64,000 bases of DNA, from contig JACIXC010000001.1 of assembly GCA_014360655.1 (NCBI GenBank), positions 292,715 to 356,714 of the forward strand, read 5' to 3'. This stretch comes from Actinomycetota bacterium (GTDB lineage: Bacteria; Actinomycetota; Geothermincolia; Geothermincolales; RBG-13-55-18). This document shows, piece by piece, positions 8,415 through 18,328 of this stretch; the stretch's first letter is position 1; the number at the start of each line of letters is the position of its first letter. The notes under the pieces are model-generated. The model saw only the letters and a program-made list of their open reading frames with translations. It was not told the origin of the DNA and made no database searches. A program made the position numbers and the translations under genes.

Positions 8415-11400
8415 TCAGGCCCTCAGGGCACCGCCGTCATAGAGGGGAAGCGCGTTCTCCCCATCGGGCTGAGGGATATGCACCGTAAAGACGGAACCCT
8501 TGCCGCGTTCGCTCCTCACCTCGATGCGCCCGTCGTGCGCTTCCACCAGTTTGTTTACGATGTAGAGTCCCAGCCCCATCCCCTTTATGGTGCCCCCTTC
8601 CTTTCCTTCCCCCTTGCGGAAAGGCTGAAATATGAGGTTCACGTTCTCCTCGCTGATGCCCTGTCCCTCGTCCCTCACCCCCAGGACGACCTCCCTCCCT
8701 TCCCTGTGGGCGAAGACCTCGATCCTGGAACCGGGAGGCGAATACTTGGCCGCGTTGTCCATGAGATTGAAGAGGACGATCTCCAGCTTGTCGCGGTCGG
8801 CAATCACGCTGGCGGCATCCTCCGCTATGTCCACCTCCACGACGTTATCTGAGGACCTGGCGCGAAGTTCCTCCACCAGGCTCCCCACCATGGTCACGAG
8901 GTCCACTTCCTCCAGGTCCACCGCCAGCTTGCCCGACTCCAGCCGCGAGACTTCCATCATGTTGATGACGCTGCGCCGCAGGCGGTCCGCGGCCTTGCGC
9001 AGCTTCTCTATGATCTCCCGGCTCTCCCTGCCGTCCAGCGTCTGCCCGTATTCGCGGAGCACCTCCGAAAAGCCCATGATGAGGGTGAGGGGGTGGCGCA
9101 ATTCGTGTGAGGCCATGCTGATAAGATCCGTCTTGGTCTTGAGGTTCTCTTCCTGGCGGCGGCACATGTCCTCCAGAAGACCGATGCGGGCCTGCAGGGC
9201 CTCCACGCGCAGGGGAACGGAAACCGCCATGCCGAGCAGGCCCGCCGCCCTCTCTATCAACTCCGTCTCCCGCTCCGCGAAGGCCCCTCCCCTGACGCTT
9301 CCTACCAGCAGGATACCCTTGATGCCCTCTCCGAGAAGGGGCACCGCGACGTAGGACCTTATCCCCCGCAGTGCCAGCCTGTCCTCTCCCGGCCCCCACA
9401 GGAAGGTGTTCAGGTTGTTCCTCACCAGTTTCCCGCTACGGGCCAGGGAAAGGGCGAGCGCTCCCTGGGGGTCGACGATGGCGGCGAACTCCTCCTCGTC
9501 CAGGGCTTCTCCCTTCATCCATCCCACGTGCCTTGCTCCCGTCTTTCCCTGCAAAGATGCCAGGAACAGGTCAACGGAGGCGACGCTCTCGAGCTCCCTG
9601 TAGAGACCCCCGCACGCTTCCTCGAGGGAAACGGCCGCGGAAAGACGCCTGGAGATGCGCAACAGTATCTTGCTCACCTGGAGATGGTCGCCGCTGCGCG
9701 CCCTTTCCTGCATGGACTCGAGCACGGAAACAGCCTGTCCCGCAAGGAAACAGGCCAGCCTCAGGTGGAATTCCCGGAAGGCCTCCCGGCCGTCGTTGCG
9801 CTCCAAGAGGATGGCGCCCAGAATGCCCTTTCTCCCCGCCAGGGGTACCGCTATGCGCCATCCCGAATCCCCTTCACCGCTCTCCCCAGCGGGGACGCCG
9901 TTACGCAGCGAACAATTCCCCTGTAGCGCCTCCACCATCTCCGGCCTCGTGAGGAGGGTCATGTCAAGGCTTTCCTCCCCCGTGCCGCAGTCCATCACGC
10001 CCTCGAATCTCTGCGCCTCACCGTCTATCACCGCGACCACCGCGCGGTCGCAGCCGAAGAGCTCCCTCCCTCCGCGTGCCAGTATACGCAGGGCCCTCCC
10101 CTGATCGTCGCACGCGGCCAGCTCTCCTTCCAGCTCCGCCAGCATCTCGAGCGAACGGCGGTACTCCTCCGCGCGCAGCCTCTCATCCACGCCTCCCGCA
10201 AGGTGCAGCATCAACCCCGCCAGGGAGGGAAGGGAGTCCAGCTCCGACTTGGTGAACCTGCTGTCGCCGGGCAGGTAAAAGCCGCAGAGAAGGAACCTCG
10301 TACCTGCGCGTGCCGGGACCAGGAGCAGGGTCAGGCCGCCGGCCGTCGCCAGCTCCGAGGCGGGCATCTCCTCCATGGCGGGGCTTTCGGGTTTCACCAC
10401 CGACATGCGCTGCAGGCCTATGGCAGCTTTTTCCAGCCCGCCCGTAGTGCGAAACAGCTTCTCGCCGCCGTATACGGCGTCGGCATACCAGAGAAACGAC
10501 CTCTCCTCCGTCCCCCGCCCGCCCATGTAAGCGAAACCCATGCGCGCGGACAGTTCCACGCATACCTTGCGCAGCCCCGACGAGAGGAACCCCTCGCTGT
10601 CCGCAGCTTCCTCGGCGATACGGGTCAGGTCCTCTATCATGGCGGGCAGATCCCACGCGGATGACCTCCGCGCCTCCCGCTGGGTGGAGACTCCCTCCTC
10701 CGCGAAGAGCTCGCCCAGACGGTGCGTGACCTGGACAAGCAGCTCCATGTCCTGCGGTCCCATGGCCGTGTACGTGCGCCCGAAGAGGGTGAGGATGCCC
10801 ACCAGCTGATCCTCGCGAAAGATCGGGGTGAGCAGGAAAGACTTCACCTGGTTGGCGTGGAAATACGGCTTGACGGCGGGGAAAAACTCGCTGATGCGGT
10901 TCGCGTCCAGGCTCAGCTCCCTGTCCCCCGAACGGCGCAGCGACTGCAGGAGCTCGGGCAGGTTCTCCTCGAAGAGATGCTCGATCAGGTCAGGCATGCC
11001 GCCCCATCCACGGGAGGCGATGAGCACGGCCATCTTCTCCTCCTCCGGACCGCGCAGGCGGTGGACGGTCCCCCCGTCCACGTTGAAAAGCTTGATGAGG
11101 AGATCGAGGCTGAGGGAGGCGGCCCGCACGCAGTCCGTCCTCCCTATCACGTAATCGGAAAGTATCCCCAGCTCAACTTCCGGGCCTTCCTTGGCCCCGG
11201 CGATCTCCCCCAGCCGGTCCTCCAGGGCGAAGAGCTCCACCATGCGTTCCAGCACGACGCTGACCGCCGCCGCCTTGAAAGACTGGGGGTCGGGGAGGGG
11301 GGCATGGGGGGCGAGGGCGACCAGGAGCACCGCCGTAAGGTAAGCGTGGCTGCGGATGGGGAAGAGGAGAACGTGCTCGACCGGCGTGACGGTGATCTCC

Positions 11401-11696
11401 TCCAGGCCGAGCTCGGCGAGCCCCTTCCTGTCCACGGCGATGAAGCGCCGCGCGGCCTGGCGCGAGACCCATTCCACGGGCAGCAGCCTCCCCCTGATCG
11501 CCTCCCTGGCACCCGCGTCCAGGTTCCAGGCCAGCCTGGGCTCCAGGAAGGAGGAGGCCTGTTTGCGCGAGAAAAGCACCGCGCGCTCTCCCCCCACCGC
11601 TTCCGCGATGGCTCCCAGCACTTCCTCCAGGGAGAAACCCGAAGAGTAGCGCCTAAGCACCTCGCGGTACAGGTCCACCGCATCCCGCAGCTCCAT
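8415..11696 (-). CDS. Multi-GAF sensor histidine kinase
   Basis: SHELRHPL H-box, NLMDNAAKYS N-box, DEGQGI, GMGLGL; several GAF-like segments; no clear transmembrane helix. Confidence 0.9.
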   Translation of the reverse strand: MELRDAVDLYREVLRRYSSGFSLEEVLGAIAEAVGGERAVLFSRKQASSFLEPRLAWNLDAGAREAIRGRLLPVEWVSRQAARRFIAVDRKGLAELGLEEITVTPVEHVLLFPIRSHAYLTAVLLVALAPHAPLPDPQSFKAAAVSVVLERMVELFALEDRLGEIAGAKEGPEVELGILSDYVIGRTDCVRAASLSLDLLIKLFNVDGGTVHRLRGPEEEKMAVLIASRGWGGMPDLIEHLFEENLPELLQSLRRSGDRELSLDANRISEFFPAVKPYFHANQVKSFLLTPIFREDQLVGILTLFGRTYTAMGPQDMELLVQVTHRLGELFAEEGVSTQREARRSSAWDLPAMIEDLTRIAEEAADSEGFLSSGLRKVCVELSARMGFAYMGGRGTEERSFLWYADAVYGGEKLFRTTGGLEKAAIGLQRMSVVKPESPAMEEMPASELATAGGLTLLLVPARAGTRFLLCGFYLPGDSRFTKSELDSLPSLAGLMLHLAGGVDERLRAEEYRRSLEMLAELEGELAACDDQGRALRILARGGRELFGCDRAVVAVIDGEAQRFEGVMDCGTGEESLDMTLLTRPEMVEALQGNCSLRNGVPAGESGEGDSGWRIAVPLAGRKGILGAILLERNDGREAFREFHLRLACFLAGQAVSVLESMQERARSGDHLQVSKILLRISRRLSAAVSLEEACGGLYRELESVASVDLFLASLQGKTGARHVGWMKGEALDEEEFAAIVDPQGALALSLARSGKLVRNNLNTFLWGPGEDRLALRGIRSYVAVPLLGEGIKGILLVGSVRGGAFAERETELIERAAGLLGMAVSVPLRVEALQARIGLLEDMCRRQEENLKTKTDLISMASHELRHPLTLIMGFSEVLREYGQTLDGRESREIIEKLRKAADRLRRSVINMMEVSRLESGKLAVDLEEVDLVTMVGSLVEELRARSSDNVVEVDIAEDAASVIADRDKLEIVLFNLMDNAAKYSPPGSRIEVFAHREGREVVLGVRDEGQGISEENVNLIFQPFRKGEGKEGGTIKGMGLGLYIVNKLVEAHDGRIEVRSERGKGSVFTVHIPQPDGENALPLYDGGALRA

Positions 11697-12029
11697 CTCA
11701 CATCTCCCCTCACATACCGGCAACCCGCGTGCTGCGGCGTTTTCCCGGGAGGACCTCCTTGCGCGCGCAGGGTCGCCCTAACGCCTCACCCGACCTGGTC
11801 ATCGTTATTCATCATTATCATATAATTATTTTGCCCGCGTTCGTTTAATCCTTCCCCGGGTCAGCGCGGCGCGGCACCCCCTTGTCCCCGCAAGGCAACG
11901 ACCCCTCGCGTCAGCCCGACATGCCATGGTGCGGAATCGGAGCCGGGCATGCCCGTGCAGTGCGGAACGCCTCCGTGATCTCCACCCCCTGGAGAATGGA
12001 AACGGTAGGGGCTTCCCCGCCTGAAACCC

Positions 12030-15000
12030 TCATTCGCCGGCGCTTCTCAGGAGCCTTTCCAGCTCCTGCGCGCCCCGGATCTCCTCGAGGAGAAGCGCGG
12101 CCATCTCCCTCACCTCGGGATCCTCGTCCTCCCGCACGGATGCGAGAGGCTCCACCGCCGCTTCCCCGATCCCGGCGATCCTGTTCCAGCGACGCGTGGC
12201 GATGAAATAGCGCGCCCTCTCCGCATCGTCCGCGGGCTCCCACGCGAGCCTGTCCAGCGCCTCGGCCGCCTTCGCCCGCACGTCCGCGTCCCCGTCACGC
12301 AGCCTCATTACCAGCTCCGCCACCGCCCGCCTGTCGCCCAGCTTTCCAAGGGCCCAGGCGGCCCTCCACCTCACCTCCCTGTCCTCGTCCGCCAGCGCGG
12401 AGATGAGGGGTGGCACCGCCTCCGTATCGCCCAGCAGGCCCAGCGCGGAAGCAGCCCTCCTCCTCTTGTCCGCTCCCGCATCCTTCAGGGCGCGCGTGAG
12501 CGGCTTCAGGGCCGGTTTGCCCATGCGCGTGACGTCGTCCCACTTTCCCTGGGCCAGCAGGCTCTCCGCCTTCGCCTCTTCGTCCCCTGTCTCCCAGCCC
12601 ATCTTCTTGAGTATGTCCCGTGCGAGGACGCGCACGGCCTCATCGCGGTGTTGAAGCGCCGCGCGCAAGGGCTGCACCGCAGCCTCGCCTATTTCGCGCA
12701 GTATCCAGGCCACCTTGCGGCGCACGCCGCTGTCGCGATCGGCTAGCGCGCCTACCAGCGCGGGCACCGCTCCCCCTCCGAGTTCCAGCACCTCCCGCCA
12801 GCGTCTCTGCGCGATCAAGCGCTCGGCCGCCTCCGCACCTTCCGCGACGGGGACGGGGGCTACTTCCTCCACCGCCGCCTCCGGGACGGGCGCTTCCGCT
12901 TCCGCGACGGGGACGGGGGCTTCCTCCGCTTCCACCGCGGCAACGGGAGCTCCTTCCTCCACCGCGGCAACTTCCCGTTCCTCCACCGCTTCCTCCGCCA
13001 AGGGGACAGCGGCGGCCTCCACGGCCTCCGGCACTTCCGCGACGGGGACGGGGGCTTCCTCCGCTTCCACCGCGGCAACGGGAGCTCCTTCCTCCACCGC
13101 GGCAACTTCCCGTTCCTCCACCGCTTCCTCCGCCAAGGGGACAGCGGCGGCCTCCACGGCCTCCGGCAAGGGGGCCTCCTCCACGACCAGCGGCTCCACG
13201 GGAACGGGACGCCATCCTATCTCCTCGAGCGCCCTCGCGGCGGCGTCACGCACTCCCTCGTCCTCATCTTCCCTCGCCTTCAGCAATCCATCCACCGCCT
13301 TCTCGTCGCCCAGCCGGCCCAGGGCCCAGACAGCCTTCTCCCTCACCCTGCCGTCACCGTCCAGCAGCGCATCCAAGAGGGGATCGAGCGCCCTGGCGTC
13401 GGCGATCTCCCCCAGGGCCCAGGCGGCCTTGAGGCGCGTCTCGCCGTCTCCCGTGCGCAGCGCATCGATGAGGGATTCCACCGCCACGTCTCCCATGCCG
13501 GCCAGCCTGTCCCACTCCCGGTCGGCGATGAGCCTCCTGATCTCCTCCTCCTCCACAGGTTTCCAGCCCAGCTTCTCCAGAACCAGGAAGGCGACCCTGC
13601 GCACGTCCTCGTCGGGGTCCTTCAGGGCCGCCGTCAAGGAATCCACCGCCCTTCCGTCTCCGATCTCCCCGAGGGCCCAGGCCGTTTTACGCCTCACCTC
13701 CGCGTCCTCGTCCGAGAGCGCCTCCGTGAGCGGGAGCACGGCCCTCGCGTCACCGATGACCCCCAGGGCCCAGGCGGCTCCGCGCCGCACCGAGACGTCC
13801 GTGTCCCCAAGGCGCTCAATCAAGGGTTCCGTGGCCCTCTCGTTCCTGATGACGCCCAGGGCCCAAGCCGCACCCCTGCGCACCTCCGCGTCCCCATCTC
13901 CGAGGGCTGCGAGCAGGGGCTCCAGGGCACCCTCGCCCATGGTGGCGACTTCCTCCCAGTTCCCCTCCTTGATGAGTTCCCTCGCCCTTTCCTCTACCGC
14001 CTTCTCCGGCACGGGCAGCTCCTCCGCGGATACCGCGAGCTCCGAGGGCTTCCACCCCAGCCTCGTTAGGACGGAAGCCGCCAGCGCGCGGGCGTTCTCG
14101 TCCCCCTTCTGCAGCGTGTCCTGGAGCGCCTCCACCACCGGCTCGCCCATCTTCTCCAGGGCGTTCGCCGCCCTTCCCCTGACCTTTTCGTCCGGGTCGC
14201 TCAGGGCTTTTACCAGCGGCGGTATGGCCCTCAGGTCGCCTATGTCACCCAGGACCCTCGCCGCCTCCCTGCGCAGCTCGTCCCCTCCTTCCACGAGGGC
14301 ATCGATAAGGTCGTCGACGGCCGGGTATCCGATCTTCTTGAGGGCTCCCGCCGCCTTTACCCTCACGTCCCTGACATTATCCTCGAGGCGCTTGACCAGC
14401 GCGTTCACGGCGTAGACGCTTCCGATGACCCCCAGGGCCCATGCCGCCCTTCCCCGCACGTCCTCGTCCTCGTCCTCCAATGCCTGGATCAGCGCATCGA
14501 CCGCGGATTCACCCAGCTCCGTTACCTTATCCCACTCCCGCTTGGCGATGTAATGGCCCGCTTTATCCTCCTCTTCATGGGGCTTCCAACCGAGTTTTCC
14601 CAGCACCTCCGAGGCGGCCAGCGCCCCCGCCTCTTCCTCCTCCGGCACTTCCGGCGCGGGAGCGACCATCTCCTGCGTGATCCCCAGCAGGTCCGCGGGC
14701 GTCAGGAAGGGGGCCTCCTCCTGGGCCACCTCCACCGCTTCCTTCTCCTCCTCCGCAAGCGCAGGTTCGCGGCCGGTCTCCACCCTGCCCAATATGTCCT
14801 CGACCATCACCCGCACGCCTTCCTCATCCGCCACACCAGAGAGGGAGGCCGCGGCGCTCTCGCCGATCTCCGAAAGGGCCCATGCCGCCCCGCGCCGCAC
14901 GTCCTCGTCCTCGTCCCTGAGGGCCTCCACCAGGGCATCGGAGGCGCGCTCGTCGCCGATGACCCCCAGGGCCCAGGCGGCTCCCCTCCGTTCCTCGACA

Positions 15001-16283
15001 CCGCCTTCCCTCAGCACCTCGAGCAATGGCTCGACCGCTATCACGCCAAGTCTCCCCAGGGCCCACGCCGCCGCCCTGCGCACGTCCTCGTCCTCGTCTT
15101 TGAGGGCCCCGATGAGGGTCTCTACCGACCTCTCTTCCTGGACCTCACCCAGCGCCAGCGCCGCACTGCGGCGCACGAACCAGTCGCTGTTGTCCAGGGC
15201 TTTCAGCAGGATGTCGAGGATGCTCTCGTCCGCCATCTCCTTGAGGAGCAACGACGCCTCGCGGCGGATGTCCTCGTCTTCCGCGGTGAGGACGTCGGCA
15301 AGGGAATCCACCAGGAGCGCGCCTTGCGCCTTTATAACGGATGCCACCTTGCTCCTCGCCTCCCAGCTCTCCTTTTTCAAGGCCCTCAGAACCGATGGCA
15401 TGGAATCTGGCCCCAGCTCAGCCAGTTTTTCCCATTGGCGGTTGGCGAGGTAGAAGGTGGCCTTGTCCTCATCCCTGACCGGCTGCCAGTCCAGCTTGGC
15501 CAGGACCGCCGCGGCCAGCTTGCGCACATCGTCCTCGCCCTCCCGCATATAACGTTCGAGGGCCGGGATCGCCCTGCGCTCGTGCAGGCTTATCAGGGCC
15601 GCCGCCGCCTCCCTGCGCACCTCCTTGTCCTCATCCTTCATCGCCGCCAGCAGATGTTCCACCGCCGTCTTGTCGCGTATCACCCCCAGGGCGATGGCCG
15701 CGTCCTTCCTCACCGAGGCTTCCTCGGATCCCAGGGAGTTGATGAGGTATTTCGAGGCGACAGCGCCCAGCTTCTCCAGGGCCCACGCCGCCGCCCATCT
15801 CACGTTGTCGTCCTCTTCCTTCAGGGCCTGCACCAGCGGGCGCACGGCCCTGACGTCGCCTATGGACCCCAGCACCAGGGCCGCCTTCGCCTTCGCCTCC
15901 CCTTCCTCCGTCCTCAACGCCTGTACCAGGGAATCGACGACCGATTTGCCTATCTTTTCCAGGCTCCATGCCGCCTTCCACCTGACGTCGCTGTCCTCGT
16001 CGCTCAGCGCCTGGATAAGGGGCCTCGCGGCCGGTTTTCCTATCTCGCCCAGGGCCCACGCCGCCGCCCAGCGGACGTCCTCGTCCTGATCATGCAGGGC
16101 CTCGATAAGTGGCGCCACCGCGCGTGCTCTCTTCAGCTTGCCCAGCGCCAGGGCGGCGTTGATGCGCAAGTTGACGTCCTCGCTCTTGAGGGTCTGTATC
16201 AGCCCGTTGACATCCCTCTTCGCCTCCATCTTCTCGATATTGGGCTTGATCAGCTTTGTCCTGGAAGGCTTGAAGATTTTCAC
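12030..16283 (-). CDS. Very large HEAT / PBS-lyase repeat protein (1417 aa)
   Basis: Dozens of LxDxDxxVRxxAAWALGxIG repeats plus acidic Ala/Glu/Pro linkers. Confidence 0.92.
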   Translation of the reverse strand: MKIFKPSRTKLIKPNIEKMEAKRDVNGLIQTLKSEDVNLRINAALALGKLKRARAVAPLIEALHDQDEDVRWAAAWALGEIGKPAARPLIQALSDEDSDVRWKAAWSLEKIGKSVVDSLVQALRTEEGEAKAKAALVLGSIGDVRAVRPLVQALKEEDDNVRWAAAWALEKLGAVASKYLINSLGSEEASVRKDAAIALGVIRDKTAVEHLLAAMKDEDKEVRREAAAALISLHERRAIPALERYMREGEDDVRKLAAAVLAKLDWQPVRDEDKATFYLANRQWEKLAELGPDSMPSVLRALKKESWEARSKVASVIKAQGALLVDSLADVLTAEDEDIRREASLLLKEMADESILDILLKALDNSDWFVRRSAALALGEVQEERSVETLIGALKDEDEDVRRAAAWALGRLGVIAVEPLLEVLREGGVEERRGAAWALGVIGDERASDALVEALRDEDEDVRRGAAWALSEIGESAAASLSGVADEEGVRVMVEDILGRVETGREPALAEEEKEAVEVAQEEAPFLTPADLLGITQEMVAPAPEVPEEEEAGALAASEVLGKLGWKPHEEEDKAGHYIAKREWDKVTELGESAVDALIQALEDEDEDVRGRAAWALGVIGSVYAVNALVKRLEDNVRDVRVKAAGALKKIGYPAVDDLIDALVEGGDELRREAARVLGDIGDLRAIPPLVKALSDPDEKVRGRAANALEKMGEPVVEALQDTLQKGDENARALAASVLTRLGWKPSELAVSAEELPVPEKAVEERARELIKEGNWEEVATMGEGALEPLLAALGDGDAEVRRGAAWALGVIRNERATEPLIERLGDTDVSVRRGAAWALGVIGDARAVLPLTEALSDEDAEVRRKTAWALGEIGDGRAVDSLTAALKDPDEDVRRVAFLVLEKLGWKPVEEEEIRRLIADREWDRLAGMGDVAVESLIDALRTGDGETRLKAAWALGEIADARALDPLLDALLDGDGRVREKAVWALGRLGDEKAVDGLLKAREDEDEGVRDAAARALEEIGWRPVPVEPLVVEEAPLPEAVEAAAVPLAEEAVEEREVAAVEEGAPVAAVEAEEAPVPVAEVPEAVEAAAVPLAEEAVEEREVAAVEEGAPVAAVEAEEAPVPVAEAEAPVPEAAVEEVAPVPVAEGAEAAERLIAQRRWREVLELGGGAVPALVGALADRDSGVRRKVAWILREIGEAAVQPLRAALQHRDEAVRVLARDILKKMGWETGDEEAKAESLLAQGKWDDVTRMGKPALKPLTRALKDAGADKRRRAASALGLLGDTEAVPPLISALADEDREVRWRAAWALGKLGDRRAVAELVMRLRDGDADVRAKAAEALDRLAWEPADDAERARYFIATRRWNRIAGIGEAAVEPLASVREDEDPEVREMAALLLEEIRGAQELERLLRSAGE
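12838..13167. repeat. 135-bp (45-aa) near-perfect tandem duplication plus a partial copy in the acidic linker of the HEAT protein
   Basis: TCCGCGACGGGGACGGGGGCT at 12841, 12901 and 13036; peptide EAVEAAAVPLAEEAVEEREVAAVEEGAPVAAVEAEEAPVPVAE occurs twice. Confidence 0.9.
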
Positions 16284-16793
16284 CTGCCATCTCCCCTTGT
16301 CATCCCGCGAAAGACCTCTCCAATGACAACGCGCGAAGGTGCCGGCCCTCTCTCGTCATTTCCGTGTCCCGCAGCGAACAGGGTCCTCGCCGCCCGGGTG
16401 ATGCCCATTTCCTGCCGTGAAGGTCCAGGCACTCTACATCTTATTAAACATCCATTATATACGGCCTTCGTGTCAACCCTGACGACCCCCCTCCTTGCCG
16501 CCCCGGCTTTCGGCGCGAGCACCCCGCCGCCCTTCCCGTCGTGCCGTTGCATATGCCTGGAGGATTTACTTTGCCGAGAAAGAATTATATTGTATGGCAG
16601 GTGAGAATTCTAACGTGCCAGCTGCCGTAAGGCTCCGCTTCGGGGCATGTCGTGATCCGTGGGATTCGTTCATTATCGATGACATGGCCATGTGGTGGCG
16701 AAATCTATGTGCAGAATTTATACTTAGGTTTTGAGGCAAGGGGACTGCCTCACGAGAGGCGATGGATCGGATCTTCTGAAGGAGGAGATGGTA

Positions 16794-17441
16794 ATGGCGA
16801 TCAGCCCAATGGACATCCATCTTAAGGAATTCAGCGTCGTCAGCACCGGGGGCTACGACAGGCAGGAGGTCGATTCCTTTCTTGACTCCGTGGCGGACGA
16901 GCTGGAAAGGCTGGAAAGCCGGAACAAGGAGCTGGAGGATCTCATCGCCCGCATGCATCAGAAGGTCTCCCAGTTCGACGAGATGCAGAAGATGCTGCAG
17001 ACGGCGCTTACCAATGCTCAGAAGAGCGCCGGCAACATACTGCAGGAGGCAAGGAGCCAGGCAGCGGCCATCATAAAGAGGGCCCAGGAAAGAAGTGAAC
17101 GCATCGTGAAAGAGATGGAGCGCGAGAGGGAACGCATCATCTCCTCCGTCGCCTCGGTACGCGAGCAGATCATGGAGCAGATCCCGCGCATGCGCGAGCT
17201 GCTCGAAAAGAGCCGGCAGCTTCTCGGGGAGTACGAGGAATGCACCCTGAAAGCGGATATCTCGTCGGAGTCCAAGGCGGTGAGCGAAGAGCCGGAGACC
17301 GTGGAGGAAGGGGAGGTCCAGGCGGCAAGCGAGCAGGCCGAGGTGGCAAAGGAAGAGGCCGCGCCCGTCGAGGAAGAAGCCGGGGCCGCCGCGTCCGCGG
17401 AAACTCCCGGCGAGGATAAGGAGAAATACATCTGGGACTAG
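16794..17441 (+). CDS. divIVA: DivIVA domain protein
   Basis: ISPMDIHLKEF...GGYDRQEVDSFLD DivIVA N-terminal motif, coiled coil and acidic tail; GGAGGA RBS. Confidence 0.85.
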   Translation: MAISPMDIHLKEFSVVSTGGYDRQEVDSFLDSVADELERLESRNKELEDLIARMHQKVSQFDEMQKMLQTALTNAQKSAGNILQEARSQAAAIIKRAQERSERIVKEMERERERIISSVASVREQIMEQIPRMRELLEKSRQLLGEYEECTLKADISSESKAVSEEPETVEEGEVQAASEQAEVAKEEAAPVEEEAGAAASAETPGEDKEKYIWD

Positions 17442-17548
17442 CCGCGGCGAAAGGGATCGCGGAAAAAGGGCGCGTGCGCAACGCGCCCTTTTCATCGCCC
17501 CCGATCATCGTCCCGGGGACCAAACAGCCGCCCATCGCCTGCGGCGCG

Positions 17549-17653
17549 GTGGGGTCACCCGGCATCAACGCTCACGCATTTGCAGAATCTGCTCACCGCC
17601 CCCAACCCTCACGGCGTGGCACCGTGGGGTCACCCGGCATCAACGCTCACGCA
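17549..17653. repeat. 30-bp perfect direct repeat, two copies 75 bp apart
   Basis: GTGGGGTCACCCGGCATCAACGCTCACGCA at 17549-17578 and 17624-17653. Confidence 0.85.
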
Positions 17654-18135
17654 CCCTCGGGCTTGATGCGCTCGTCTACGGGGTCCCGCGAATCACGGAT
17701 ACGCGTCTCCCCCGCCCTCACCACGAAAACGGTGGTCATGCCCGCAGCGACCAGGTTGCCTTCCTCGTCCCTCACCTCCCCCTGGCCCACGCCGGTGTAG
17801 CGCCCCTTGTGCAGGGCCTTCCCCTCGCCGTAAAGGACCCCGCCGCTCACGTTGGAAATGAAGTTGATGCGCTGGTCCAGCGTCACCGCGGCCTCGCCCT
17901 CACCGAGAAGCGTCCCCACGGCGATGGAACAGGTCGAGTCGAGGAGGGCGGCGAGAACACCCCCGTGCAGGATGCCGTAGAGGTTCTTGTGCTCCTCCCT
18001 AACCTCCAGGCGCAGCCTCGCCCGCCCCTCGCCCATCTCCAGCACCTCCATGCCCAGGTGGCGGTAGAAGGGTGAGTTGTTTAGGAGCGAGAAGATGCCC
18101 TCCCTCAGGTCACGCAGGCCGCCCTCTTCGCTCAT
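17647..18135 (-). CDS. PaaI family thioesterase (hotdog fold)
   Basis: NLYGILHGGVLAALLDS motif. Confidence 0.9.
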   Translation of the reverse strand: MSEEGGLRDLREGIFSLLNNSPFYRHLGMEVLEMGEGRARLRLEVREEHKNLYGILHGGVLAALLDSTCSIAVGTLLGEGEAAVTLDQRINFISNVSGGVLYGEGKALHKGRYTGVGQGEVRDEEGNLVAAGMTTVFVVRAGETRIRDSRDPVDERIKPEGA

Positions 18136-18143
18136 GTTTCCAC

Positions 18144-18213
18144 CTTTCACTCCGAGACTTTCACTCCGAGACTTTCACTCCGGGACTTTCACTCCGGGAC
18201 TTTCACTCCGGGA
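18144..18213. repeat. 14-bp tandem repeat x5 (VNTR) directly upstream of the thioesterase start
   Basis: (CTTTCACTCCGRGA)5. Confidence 0.95.
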
Positions 18214-18328
18214 CGCGGAGGCGGCACCGCCGCTAGCGACGCGGTCCCCTCCGCCGGGTCACCCAGGATTCACGCCCCACCGGTCCCCGACCGCGTTCGC
18301 CCGTATCCTTTCGCACGTACCCGTTCGC

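Noticed and set aside
16280-16604. Inverted 11-mer ATGGCAGGTGA around the HEAT/divIVA promoter as an invertible switch
   Set aside because: Too short to exclude chance, and no recombinase is nearby
17549-17653. Repeat-spacer-repeat as a mini-CRISPR
   Set aside because: Only two copies, one overlaps a coding end, and there is no leader or cas gene
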